This document shows positions 51,279 through 63,229 of a stretch of DNA of 64,000 nucleotides, piece after piece. The stretch comes from Felis catus (taxonomy: Eukaryota). The stretch is taken from NCBI RefSeq assembly GCF_018350175.1, contig NC_058368.1, forward strand, positions 12,710,001-12,774,000. The letters are read 5' to 3'. Position 1 is the stretch's first letter. Every line of letters starts with the position of its first letter. The position numbers and the translations under genes are program-made. The notes below the pieces were generated by a model. That model was given only the letters and a program-made list of their open reading frames with translations. It did not search any database and had not been told where the DNA came from.

Positions 51279-52234
51279 CAGAATTATTATGCTTCTGTAG
51301 TGCTTTTAACTTTGCAAAGTATGCTTATGTCTGTAATTTATAAACCCTATGGGAAATAGAGTAGATATTATTCTTCCCTTCTGGCAAATACGAAATCCAA
51401 ATTATTTAAGTCACTTGTGAACTCAGGGACAGTTTCTGCCTCTTAGCCTGAAGTATCTTTTTCTCAACATAGTTTTTATTCTTCATGCCAATGATTCTTC
51501 ACCAGCTGAAGACACCAGAGAAGCAAAGGCAAAAATATCCTCACTGAGATGCAATTGGAGGACAGATCAAAAGTCTTATTTTACTTGGGCATGCTAAACG
51601 AAATCGGTAGTCCCCAAATTTGGGGGAAAATCAATTTTTAAAGTTTATCTTTCAGGCATCAGTTGCAGCTGTTGCTTCTCTAGCAAAATAACATTCTGGG
51701 TTAACTAATCCAGACTTAGTGTCTCCCTTATCCTCTGGCCCCACTCCGACTACACCATTGCTGATAAAATTCAAACTGCACATCCTATAAGCTGGGAAAC
51801 TATGTCTGTGGCCCAAACAAAATATTTAAATCTTGATTACTCACAGGCTTAAATCATACCTGATATGATTTCACATTCTGTTCTTGGATAACAATCTTCA
51901 TTACATTCCAGAGATGCCAATGCTCTGTTTGAACAGAGCCTTTGAAAAGTTGAGAGGTCCTTTGAGGACCTTTAAGAGAGGGGAGTAGAGGCCAGGTACG
52001 TAGGTGGAGCAGGGTCAGCGATGGTGTGTGCCCAACGAAGCTCTTCCCGAGGAGGCTCTGGCCCAAGTAGAACCCGGATTTTTCCTGTAGCTGATTTACA
52101 CTTGTACAGTTTTTTTCTTCACTAAATTCACATGTTTCTTTACATCAATAACATTAAACAAGATTTTGATTTTTGAAATAGCACTACCAGCTGTGGTACT
52201 AGCATAGTTTCCCACTGCTTAGAAAGATATTTCT

Positions 52235-52388
52235 GGAGAGCCTGGGTGGCTTAGTTGGTTAAGTGTCTGACTCTTGGTTTCAGCTCAGGTCATGATCTTA
52301 TGGTTTGTGAGTTCAAGCCCACGTTGGGCTCTGTGCCTGCTTGGGATTCTCTCTTTCCCTCTATCTCTGCCCCTCCCCAGATTGCTCT

Positions 52389-52419
<31 letters not shown>

Positions 52420-52443
52420 AAAATAAATAAATTTTAAAAATTT
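52235..52443 (+). mobile_element. Can-SINE
   Basis: TSD aaagatatttct at 52223-52234 and 52444-52455. Confidence 0.95.
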
Positions 52444-52730
52444 AAAGATATTTCTGACAGCTAAAACTTCTCATTGTGAAAATTCTCCACTGTTAAAATC
52501 TCTCCAATTAGAATAATTTCATATCAGTGGGAACAATCCTGAGTCCCATGGTTTTCCTGGATGTCTGCTCTCTCCTTCAATTGCTGGTCCTGACTAGTCC
52601 TAGACCCTTGCGATGTGCAGTTGCTTTCATTATGGTAACACTTGGGGATTGGTTGGTCTGTCAGGGAGGCAGGACACAACATAAGTATTTGATTGGTACT
52701 TTTAGTTCCTCAATGGTGTTGCTTCCTTGG

Positions 52731-52912
52731 TAGGGTTGCAAAATTTAGCAAATAAACATACCTGATTAAAGCTGAATTCCAGTTAAAAAACAAATAACTT
52801 ATTATAAGTATGTTCCATGCCATATTTGGGACATACTTATACTAAAATTTATTTGATGTTTACCTGCAATTAAAATTTAACGGGGTGCCTTATATTTTAT
52901 CCGACAACCCTA
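52731..52912 (+). mobile_element. MER53 hAT MITE (palindromic)
   Basis: TIRs tagggttg...caacccta; central tataagtatgttcc...gggacatacttata; 8-bp TSD ttccttgg/ttccttag. Confidence 0.9.
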
Positions 52913-54159
52913 TTCCTTAGATTTCTGCAAGGAAGACTACTCAACGAGCTGGAGCTTGTAGCGTCACTAACTAATAAAAACAGAATCAATTTCTCTTGAA
53001 TCCAGAAAGCGAATTCAAATGCCAGTAAATGTAATGCAGACTGAGCCTAGTAATTTGGTCACCTAAATATGATACCAAACCACAATGCTGGGGTTACAAG
53101 AAAAAGAGATAAGGAGGATTTGCCTCTTAACTGCTGGTTCTCTTTTGGAAATGGATACTGATAAAGTTTACCTTCCCAAGTGACCAATCTGAAAAGCAAG
53201 GTTTGTAAAGTTAGTCAAGGGAAGAGGAATGAAGAGGGTAAGTCAGGCTCTGACACATACAGAATTTTGTTAGTTCTGAAAACTTTGGGGTAGATAGAGA
53301 CTGTACTAGGGAGTACATGTATGTGTGTAGGAAAGGGCGAGGGAGGAGGAGAGGAAAAGAGAATAGCAATATGACTTCCCACAAAGAAAAGCAAATCTGA
53401 TTATGTTCTAATATACATATAGGCTCACAAATATATCATCATTAAAGTGATTTATTTCTTGCTCAGCCCTCAAAACCACTTACCAGAGATCCCCAATCAA
53501 TGTAAACCTATCACACTTGTTAACTTGATTATATGTAGATACTCTATTGCATGTATGAAATGAAGTAAAATTTTGTTTTGTTTTGAACATTTTGTAATTG
53601 AAAGACTACCAGAGATGTTGGCAAAATACTGTTAGAAAGCATTAATACTCTCTTCCTAAACAGACTTGACCAGAGGGTTTGGAAGTCCAATTAGTATGCG
53701 GCTGGTCAAGGGTATAGGTTACCCCTGATTTGCCCTGTGGCAAATCAAGGACCTTTGCTTGACTTTTACATTTCTCCACATTTTCCTATGCTGATAAACC
53801 AAGTGTTTGTTGATGTACTGAAGTACAGTGCATTAGTGTGGCCCAGGATTGAGGAAATAAAAAAAGAGGATAGAACACTTGTTCTTGAAGACCTTTCAAT
53901 CCAGTTTTATTGAGAAAACCTTCACCCTCTGTACCAGATGTAGCTCCTATGCTTATAGCTGCTTCTTAAGGAAACAACAAATTGGTATCTGTGGAAGTAA
54001 GGGTATGCCATGCTCTATCCTTCCTCCAAAGTTGCCTCAGAAGAAATCACAAAGGGCTAAAAATAAGTTCTAAAGCTCATGCCCATTAATTTGAAAACTG
54101 CCACAACCCCATCACCCAAGCAGGCAAGGAGACATAAAGTTTTCCCAAAGAGGAAACAT

Positions 54160-55040
54160 AAAAAGTTAATGAATGTATGAAAAAAAAAATTGGTCTCAAT
54201 AGCAGTAAACAATACTGAAATGAGATACTGTTTTCTCCATAAACTTAGCAAGGTTTTGAGAACATATCGAATTCAGGGTTCGTGAGAGCAAGATGAGGTG
54301 TTTATTACCTTCCCCTGCCAAGAGTAGCTTGAATTAAAGCACTTTTTCTAGAAAATAACTTTCTAATATCCAACAATATTGCTTTCAATGATAGAAATCT
54401 TAGACACTATTCTTAGTAAAAGATCCAGGATACTATACGAACAAAAAATTGAAGCAGCATTTTAAAAAACAGAAATACTGTAAGCAAAGTAAATGTTTAG
54501 TTGCTGGAGATAGTTTATTACATCTTGTATGTGCAAAAGAGGAAATATTATGCATCAACTGTTTGTTATGAATTTATTTATCATGAATTTTAAAAACATG
54601 GGGGAAATGCTTCTGTCATATATTTAATTAACAAGGAGTAATGCATGGGGCGCCTGGGTGGCTCAGTCAGTTAAGCATCTGACTTCAGCTCAGGTCATGA
54701 TCTTGCAGTTTGTGGGTTCAAGCCCCACTCTGGGCTCTGTGCTGACAGCTCAGAGCCTGGAGCCTGCTCTGGATTCTGTGTCTCTGCCCCTCCCCCACTC
54801 TCACTCTGTCTTTCTCTCAAAGATAAATAAACATTAAAAAAATAAAATAAAACAAAGAGTAATGCAAATTATATAGGCTTTGGGATCAATCATTTCAAAC
54901 TAGTAAAAAAAAAAGAATTGCAAAGAAATATAAAAAATGTTAACAGTGGTTATCCTGAGGGGAGTATGAGTGTAGGTGATTTTTTTTCTTTAATTTTTAC
55001 CATTTTCTATATTGTCCAAATGTTCAACAGCTGTCAGATA
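54160..55040 (+). mobile_element. L1ME-type 3' fragment (interrupted by SINE)
   Basis: ctgaaatgagatactgttttc; aaatgttaacagtggttatcctgagggg...gtaggtgattttttttc. Confidence 0.6.
54647..54850 (+). mobile_element. SINEC_Fc
   Basis: TSD aacaa(g/a)gagtaatgca at 54630-54645 and 54851-54866. Confidence 0.96.
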
Positions 55041-55789
55041 AAATACGTATACAAGTGGTCAGACGGATACTCAGAGCATGGTTCTAAGAATGGAAACCAT
55101 GAAAATATTCTGTACTCATTTATTCTTGACATCTACTATCAGTGTAATGTTGGGGTAAATCACTTAATTTATGAATGCCTGGATTTTCTCACCTCTAAAA
55201 TGGGGGCAATATTGCACTAAACTTTCCCCCAGGTTTGTTACGATAATTACTTGAGAGGGTGAGCATTAACGATGCTTTTCTAAGTCACAAAATACCTTAA
55301 AAATCTAAAAGATGAGTTGGAGTTGGTCTTCTGACATATTTCTATGTGGCGACTACTGGGTGTGAGGGGACAATTTGTGACCATGCAACATAAACAAACC
55401 ACATGGCTTAACTGAGGATCAAACTCAGAATTCACTAGGAGCCTATTCCAGGGCCTTTCTTTGCATCAGTTCCTGCCCACAGTGCTGGAGAGGTAGGGAG
55501 GCAGTAGTCTTACAGGATAGGGGAAATAAAGAGGGGTTGGCAATGTGGGCAAGACCATGAAGGGACTTCGAAAGTCAGGCAGAAGGTTTTACCAATTTGA
55601 CCTGGACTGATTAGGATAGAGATATGTTAAGTGTTGTTTCATTTGTTTTGGGCCTCAGTGTCACAAAAGGCAGCCAGTTTGGGGACATGAGCCTGAGTGG
55701 CCAGTTTGCTGGCTGAACTGAAGGGTCAGGTGAGTGGAGGTAGGAGTCTAGCTGGGTCAGAATTTGGCAGTTCCTGAGAGAGGACATGA

Positions 55790-56224
55790 TGTATTACAAG
55801 CTGACAATGGCCAGGCCATGTGTGACGACAGAGGTCTGACGCACCACCTCTGCAGCAACCAGCCCAGGAAGCCAACCACAGCAAGAGCCCAGAGTAGTTG
55901 GGACTCAGCCAGTGACTGTCAGCTGCCCGATTTTTAATCCCTGCTTCCAGCTCAGGACTTCTCAGCCAAAAATGCTTCTCTAAGCAATCATATAGGAAGC
56001 CCCACTTCTAGCTAGCCCTCCTCCAGCCTCTGCACACTGACAACCTCCAACTGGGTCACACCCCGAGCCTTCTCTTTTTTCCACTGTAAAGCTTTTCTAC
56101 CCTTCTGCCTGCCTTTGAATCTCTGCCAAATGCATGTGATGGTGGCTGACTCTCCTGCTATAGTAAACGTTGAATAAATTACCTCCATTTGTTCTCACTT
56201 GGGTGGTCCTCATTTATTTCCATA
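55790..56224 (+). mobile_element. MER110-like solo LTR
   Basis: cagaggtctgac...ctctgcagcaaccagcccaggaagcc...ccccacttctagctagccc...gaataaat...gttctcacttgggtggtcctcatttatttcca. Confidence 0.7.
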
Positions 56225-57444
56225 CTCACATATCAGCCTTCAGCTCAGCCATTCTTCCCACTAGTAATACCTAGGGAGGCAATTTGGTGTAATCGAGAGA
56301 AGGCATCACTAGGAATCACTTCGAGCCCCCAAGCTGCCTCTGTCCTTGAACCATCTCTTAACCTTTTGAACATCCATCTCCTGAATCTGTAAAATGAAAC
56401 GTGTATATTACAAGGTGGTGAGATTCTGGTCTTCAAGAAGATATAGCTTGTCAATGTACAGAGAGGAAGTCCAACAGACTCTTAACTGTCTACAAACACA
56501 TTTCCCTGCCCATAATTTCCAAACAAGGAGAAAAAGAGAGATAGAGAGAGAGGGAAGTGGGGATGGAAGAGGGAGGAAGGAGAACAGGAAAGAGGAAGGC
56601 AGATTGGCTGTCTCAGATAGGATCTAGTATATAGCTTCACCAGAAGGAAAATGAGAGGCCCATGATTCCAAACTCCCTTGAAGGAGGAGATCAGCTCTGA
56701 TCTCACCACTCTGATGGGAGCTGGACAGCTTATAACAGGAAGGGAACACTAGTGCTGCCTCTATAGGAGAAAGGGGAGCTGGGTTGGACAAACAGCAGTG
56801 GCTACTGGTTTCTCTTCTGTTCCAGTCCCTTCAGAGATAAAATATAGAAGTTTCTATGGCCCAAGAAATCACAAGTCCTTTCCAGTCAACACACAGGACC
56901 TGAGAGGAAAAGTGCTGAGAAGGCACTAATTTTTCAACACCATACCTTCATTTCACTGCCTTTCCACCAAGTGAAACTACCCATGGAGGCTTTGTGCATT
57001 CTACCTATTTCCTCTTTGTGGCCCACTGTCGCATGTAACACTACACTAAGTAAGGATTTAGTAGCAGGCGCATGCAATGAGTTTTTAGAAGTGCTGAGTT
57101 TTGGGGGTCATGGTGAGAAAGAACAAAAGACCAAGGTTTCCATATAAATGGCACAGTTCATTTGAGGTTTTCCTTCTGAAAATTATGGAACTGGTGATTT
57201 TGCATTGGGTGAAAATTCCCTTTAAGGTATTCACAGCTTGCTGCATCTGATGGACTTAACAATGCTGTCTCTCACCTCAAAGAAATCTAACAGACCCGAT
57301 TTCAGTGCTGGCATTATCTCTTGTTCTTGCTGCCATTTGGAGCAAGTCTGTTACCCACTTTGAACCTCAGTTACCAAACTTAAACTCACATTACTCCTCT
57401 TGGCCAAAACGATAAAATGAGACTGTGTGAAACACTGTTTATAA

Positions 57445-57461
57445 TTTTTTTAATGGTTATT

Positions 57462-57504
<43 letters not shown>

Positions 57505-57678
57505 ATGAGCAAGGGAGGAGCAGAGAGAGAGAGAGAGAGAGAGAGACAGAACCCAAAGCAGGCTCCAGGCTCCGAGCTGTCAGCACAGAGCCGGACACGG
57601 GGCTCAAACTCACTAACCATGAGATCATGACCTGAGCTGAAGTCAGACACTTAACTGACTGAGCCACCCAGGAGCCCC
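57445..57678 (-). mobile_element. SINEC_Fc
   Basis: antisense SINE; degenerate TSD aaacactgtttataa / aaagactatttataa. Confidence 0.95.
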
Positions 57679-58915
57679 CAAAAGACTATTTATAAACTGT
57701 GTAATGAATGTCAGAATGATTAGAATAAAGGAGGGCCAGAGGGGGGTCTCCTTACTGGGTCAAGCACCAGTCAGTGAATCATCCAACAACACAGCCGGGG
57801 CTCCTCAAAGGCAAGTTCCTGTTTCTTGTTTAAGTAAGTTCTTGATTGTGTTTTACCTATTACTCTTCATTGGGTGGGGTTTGGAGCAAGACAATACCTG
57901 ACTCCTGGACATTTTATGAAATTTATGAAAAATCTTCAAAGGAGCAATGCTGTGGCATTTTTCAAGGAGTATACGATCAAAAAAAAAAAGTTGAGGACTC
58001 CTGATGTATGCCTACAAAGCATTCATTTGGCTATCAAGTAAAGGACAAAAAGAAGGAAAACAATATATAGATACTAAATCTTATAGATACTTAATCTTGA
58101 CTTATGGTCAAGAATTAATGGTTACTTACGTACCTCTAAGTAAGTAATAGGCACATTCAAATTATCTTTTAACCAGCTGCTATGTGAAAACACTATTTTT
58201 TTCTACCAGCTCCCTCCTCTTGCCAGTTTCTTTGTACTGGTTAAATTTGATGGAAAGACAATGCCTAACAGAATCATTTCAGACAATGGAGTAATTACTA
58301 CCTTGAATATTTTTTATCTTACAGAAGAAAGTGCTTCTTTATTTTGGCTTTCCTATTTTTCTTCTAATAATGAGGCTAAGTAACGTTTAGCCAGCTAGAA
58401 GCTTGCTGGCATTCAGAGGCAGCCATTGAGAAAGGACTGATCTGAAATGAGAGAAGAGGGAGCCATTAGACTAAAAATAAAATGAATTCCAAGCTTTTAC
58501 TCTCTCCAGGGTTCTCTAGAGTGTCATAACTTATGGTTAATGAGGGCCCCAAGGGGGAAGGTCGTAAGTCAATGTCACTCTGCCGGTTCAGTGCAAGCCA
58601 TAGAGCTAAATGTGTCAGTATATTTTGCCCTTGACCACAGGGATCTGGAATAAACCAAGGCATAAAATAACCTGACTTGCCCCTGAACGAAGAGACCCTG
58701 CTGCTAAAATGAGACTAAGCCATGTGGTAAGGTCAAAACATTCCTCTGACCTCAGGATTTGGGGCAGAATTTCTCGGAATGGCATGACACATTTTCGTGA
58801 TTTCTAAATGGAGGAAATCCTTCCTAATCTCTAAATGGAGGAGAATTTATACATCTCCATGGATCTCAGGAGAAATGGCCAATGCTTCTGTGAATACACT
58901 TTGTGCTGCTGTTTT

Positions 58916-59123
58916 TTTTTAAAGTTTATTTATTTTTGACAGAGATAGAGTGTAAGCATGAGTGGGGGAGGGGCAGAGAGAGAGGGAGATACAGAATCCA
59001 AAGCAGGCTCCAGGCTCCCAGCTGTCAGCACAGAGCCTGACGCAGGGCTCAAACTCAAGAACCGTGAGATTATGACCTGGGCCGAAGTCGGATGCTTAAC
59101 CGACTGAGCCACCTAGGCACCCC
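58916..59123 (-). mobile_element. SINEC_Fc
   Basis: TSD gtgctgctgtttt at 58903-58915 and 59124-59136. Confidence 0.96.
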
Positions 59124-59269
59124 GTGCTGCTGTTTTAATGTTACTAATATGTGAATGAGGACTTACCACATAGAATCACACCATTTATGGGCTGGACATG
59201 ATCTCAGACAACATGTTAGTGTAGGAGTTACTATAGTGAGCTAGAAAGAAGATTCCTGGGCAATCTTAA

Positions 59270-59475
59270 TAGAGCACTGTGGTTAAGCGCAGGGAGTCTG
59301 TATCTAGGTTGCTTGGGTTTCAATGCTGGTTCTGTCACTTCACCTCTCTATCTCGGTGACCTCATATGCAAAATAGGGATAATTAAAGTATGAGATTCAC
59401 AGAGTGTTGTGAAGAGTAAAACGCCTAGAGTATCGGCCAAATTAAGTGCTATGTAATGTTTGCTCATATTATTGA
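59270..59475 (+). mobile_element. MIR
   Basis: gtggttaagcgcagggagtctg...ttgggtttcaatgctggttctgtcactt...caaaatagggataat...gttgtgaagagtaaa. Confidence 0.7.
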
Positions 59476-59679
59476 ATAATTTTGCATAATATTAATTATA
59501 TGGTTTAAAATTTGTATTAACCACAAAAGAACATTTGTATGTTTGAAAAATGGTAAATCATATATATGGGAAAGATGATCTATTCAGTTTACACAGTGTT
59601 CAATGAACATTCTTGGACCAGTTGCAGTTACTAGAAATAAATTCTGTCCCCACAGCCTTTGTCCCAGAATTTGGGAACA

Positions 59680-59810
59680 AAAATTCATCTATCCATTCAA
59701 CATCAATTGAGCACCTACTATGTGCCAGATACTGCTCTAGGTACCGGAAATACAGCACTGAACAGAGTCAAAGTCCCTGCTCTCATGAAGGTTATAGTCT
59801 AATGTAATGA
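59680..59810 (-). mobile_element. L2 3' end
   Basis: attcatctatccattcaaca...ttgagcacctactatgtgccagatactgctctagg...gtccctgctctcatg. Confidence 0.75.
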
Positions 59811-59837
59811 GTAAATCCTTTAGTCCATTTTTTTTAA

Positions 59838-60040
59838 CATTTACCTATTTTTGAGAGACAGAGAGACACAGAGTATGAGTAGCGGAGGGGCAGAGAGAGA
59901 GGGAAACACAGAATCTGAAGCAGGCTTCAGGCTCTGAGCTGTCAGCACAGAGCCCGATGCAGGGCTCGAACTCACAAACTGTGAGATCATGACCTGAGCT
60001 GAAGTCAGACGCTCAACCGACTGAGCCACCCAGGCACCCC
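59838..60040 (-). mobile_element. SINEC_Fc
   Basis: perfect 16-bp TSD agtcca(t)8aa at 59822-59837 and 60042-60057. Confidence 0.96.
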
Positions 60041-61599
60041 AAGTCCATTTTTTTTAATCTGAGGTTCAGAGAATCCTCAGCTGACTGCCCAAAATCACAC
60101 AGCTAGTTCTAGATCTTGTGATCTCTTATCACATCAGACTTTTAAAAAACCTTGTTTACCATGCAACTTTAAAAATGTCTGGAAGAGGCATTTGCCTGTC
60201 AAGCTAGCTAATACAGAAAAAGTGTGGTCACATAAATGCACTGGCTGTTCCACATGTGACTCAGTCGTGTGCTTTCCCATCTCCTTGGGGCTACCACATG
60301 TCCCCCTTTGCCTCTCTTGTCACGTTCACCACACTATGACCTTTCTGATACTTCCATTTAAAAAACATCTGAAAGCTGAAGTGATGAGTGAGGACAATAG
60401 TGACAATAAAGCAATAAAGATTTTCAGTATGGAAATGTTATAGAAGGAGAGACAACTTCATCTTGAGAATTTCAAGCTTCATACTGCATATTAGGAATGC
60501 TTCTGTACCTGTTGGGATAAAATGCTTATGTGCTTTGCGTCTCTTTTCCAGACTTCCCAAGTTGTACCCTAACCTGTTCAGAAATACCTACTTTACTCTC
60601 TTAGAACTTAGGGAATTAACTTAAATTTGTTTTCATTCTCTTGTTTATATAGACATGTATAGGAAAGTGTTTAAATAGGCAGTTAAGCATGTAGTTTTAG
60701 GGGTATGTGTGTGTGGCCTTTTATCTTCCCAACCATTGCATTTCTTCATTTCTAAGACATGATTCTCTGAGATAGACCATTAGATTTTGTGTGAAGAAAG
60801 AAAAATAATACTCAATTAAATGATCACTTGCCATCAACTGTAAATTTCATCCCGATTTCAGAGATGCAAAAACATGAAAAGAGCTTGATAATTCTTCATT
60901 AGTAAAAAAAAAAAGGGGGGGGGGAGTTTCATATAACCCATTACAAAATTATTCTTTTTAATGGATGCTGAATAATTATTGCATGAAAACCCTTTGGACT
61001 TGTTTCAAATATCCATCAAAAATGGCATCTGAGGGGAAAAAAAGTAAAGTGCTAAAACCAAGTCCTGGGTCTTTTATTAGAGCATAAACTGAAATAATGC
61101 ATAGATGAAATGATGATGTTTTGGATTCACATCACAAAAATTACGGGAACATATAGATCAAACAAGATTGGCTATGGGTTGATAATTGTTCAAGTTGGAT
61201 TGCAAGATATGATGGGAGCTTAGTATATTATTCTCTTAATATTTCAGAAAAAAATTTCCGTCTGTAAAGCATTAGTAGTAGAACCTCCCACAAATAGGAT
61301 TGGCTTTTCTTAAATGGGGGAGGTTTGTTCTATGCTCATGGTGGCAGGTTCCAGACAGAGACTGAAAAGAATATTTCCTGGGACTGTGAGTGATGAGGTA
61401 AGTGGAAGGTATGCTTACCACTAGTCCTTCATCTTCCTTCTGAATACCTTATTTTGCTGACGTTGCCTGGGTCCTACCTTTTACTACAGTGATAGCTGGC
61501 TAGTCCTTGAAATTACTTCTCGACCCACAGGCCGCTGTGCTACTTTACAGTGCTTGGTCATCCTCAGAGGGTACACAAGGCTGGTGTAAAGAATAATTA

Positions 61600-61840
61600 A
61601 AAGCAGCAACAATAGCAGTTTAAAATTGAATTGAATGTTCCCTATGCTAAGTGGCTTACCACGCACAAGTTTATTTAATTCTCTTGACAACCCTAACTTG
61701 TCAATACTATTATGATTTTATTTTTACCCATGAGGAAACAGACTGAGAAACTTTAAGGGCATTCCCCAAAGCTGGCAAGTGGCAGGGTCTGGGTCTAAAC
61801 CTGAGCCTGTGCTCGAAATCACACTAGGTATTGCCTTCTT
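61600..61840 (-). mobile_element. MIR
   Basis: atttaattctcttgacaacccta...ttttacccatgaggaaacagactgaga...aagtggcaggg. Confidence 0.65.
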
Positions 61841-62679
61841 TCCCAGTGACAATGGATTAAGAGCAATGGAAATCACAGCCTGCTGAGAATCACTTGCAGA
61901 CCAGAACTAAAGACAGCCTCAAGCCAATAATCAGCAGATGTAGATGGGTGAAAAATAGCACAGATGCTGGAAAGCAACTCTTGTAGAAACAAATCAAAAG
62001 GAATGCAGAAACTCTACCAAGTAGATAAACATAGTACTAGCAGCGGGACAGGTAGAAGAGGCCAGCTCATGGATGATTTCCATTTTCTCCTGAGTCTTTA
62101 AATCATTTCAGAGTGTGCTCCTGCTTTGTCAAGCTTCTCATGTGTGCGCTTAGCTGGTGTGTTACACATCATCCACTGGAACTCACACGGTCCTTCTAGA
62201 CTTCCAAAGCTTGTCTCACTCCATCAAGAAACTTAATGCTCATTAACTGTCATGATATGAAGAATATTTTCTTTTATGACTCTGTCCCTCCAGGGCCCTA
62301 ACTGTCCAACCACAATTTGTTTCAAAATCTAATCATCACTCTTAATCTTATAGAGACTCAAGATCTCTCCTGTCCTGCTAGGCTAAGTACTACCCTCCTC
62401 TCCAATTCACAAATACCTAAGTAACAATGAAATAAATAGATCTTTTGGAGTGGAAAATCTTGAGGTCATCAACTGGATTAGCCCATCATTTGGAATGCAG
62501 GGTCTGAGGGTAATTCAGGGATGACATGTATACTCAGAAGCAATGGAAGTCACACTGGGGGTGGGACTAAGATGAGACGCTTGTACTGGAACTAGCACAG
62601 GGCTTGGCATATAGCATATTCCATTTGTACTCTTCCCCTACGCTTCTAATAATGTCACCAAAAAACACATCACCTTCTT

Positions 62680-63170
62680 TGCCTACACCATATGGAATTT
62701 ACCATCAACCAAAGTCCTAAAGTCTTATTTCACAAGTGCAAGTTCTTCCAACGAGTACTTGTGCATTTACACTTACAGGTCAAAGTAAATAATCTTATAT
62801 GTACCACTGTTACATAGTCTAGGTAGATTCAGATCAGATCTGCTTGGATTTTGATAATGTCAACAGACTAATGAACTAATTCTTTTTGTATGTGTGCTGC
62901 TAAAGTAAGCACTATAGTAATGCTTCTTGGCTTTATATCCAGAAATCTGTATAATATACATCTATCCAAGACACTGACAAAAATACTTATTAGAATAGGA
63001 CCATGAACAGAGTTTTTTATAAGCCACCAGACTGCCCACCCCCGACCCCTGGTTGCTAAGAAGCTCCCTCTAAGTATGTTCATTCAACCAGTTATTAATC
63101 TGCTTAATTGCATTAGCTCAGCTCGTATTTCTTAATCTTATCTCCAATTATATCATGAAGAAATTACACA
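62680..63170 (-). mobile_element. L3/CR1 LINE relic
   Basis: caaccaaagtcctaaagtcttatttcac, tccaagacactgacaaaaat...agaataggaccatgaacagag, ttcaaccagtta resemble antisense CR1 RT region. Confidence 0.55.
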
Positions 63171-63229
63171 ATGACCCACTGAAGTTCATGAACATTTTGT
63201 CTGTTGCATTTCCTTGCACTCTTGTTTCC

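Noticed and set aside
51612..51625. 14-bp perfect palindrome ccccaaatttgggg
   Set aside because: Low complexity; about the length expected by chance in this window.
51858..51990. Possible minus-strand 110-nt exon (GPQRTSQLFKGSVQTEHW...) with two small palindromes
   Set aside because: Weak AAG acceptor, unrecognised peptide, and 7-8-bp stems are expected by chance in 64 kb.
58067..58845. Small direct duplications (atagatact(a/t)aatctt x2; tctaaatggagga x2)
   Set aside because: Ordinary slippage duplications with no further structure.
8012..60029. Recurring MAQSVK...SLSQK ORFs of ~60 aa
   Set aside because: Frames of the SINEC_Fc consensus with GTG starts; not a gene family or CRISPR-like array.
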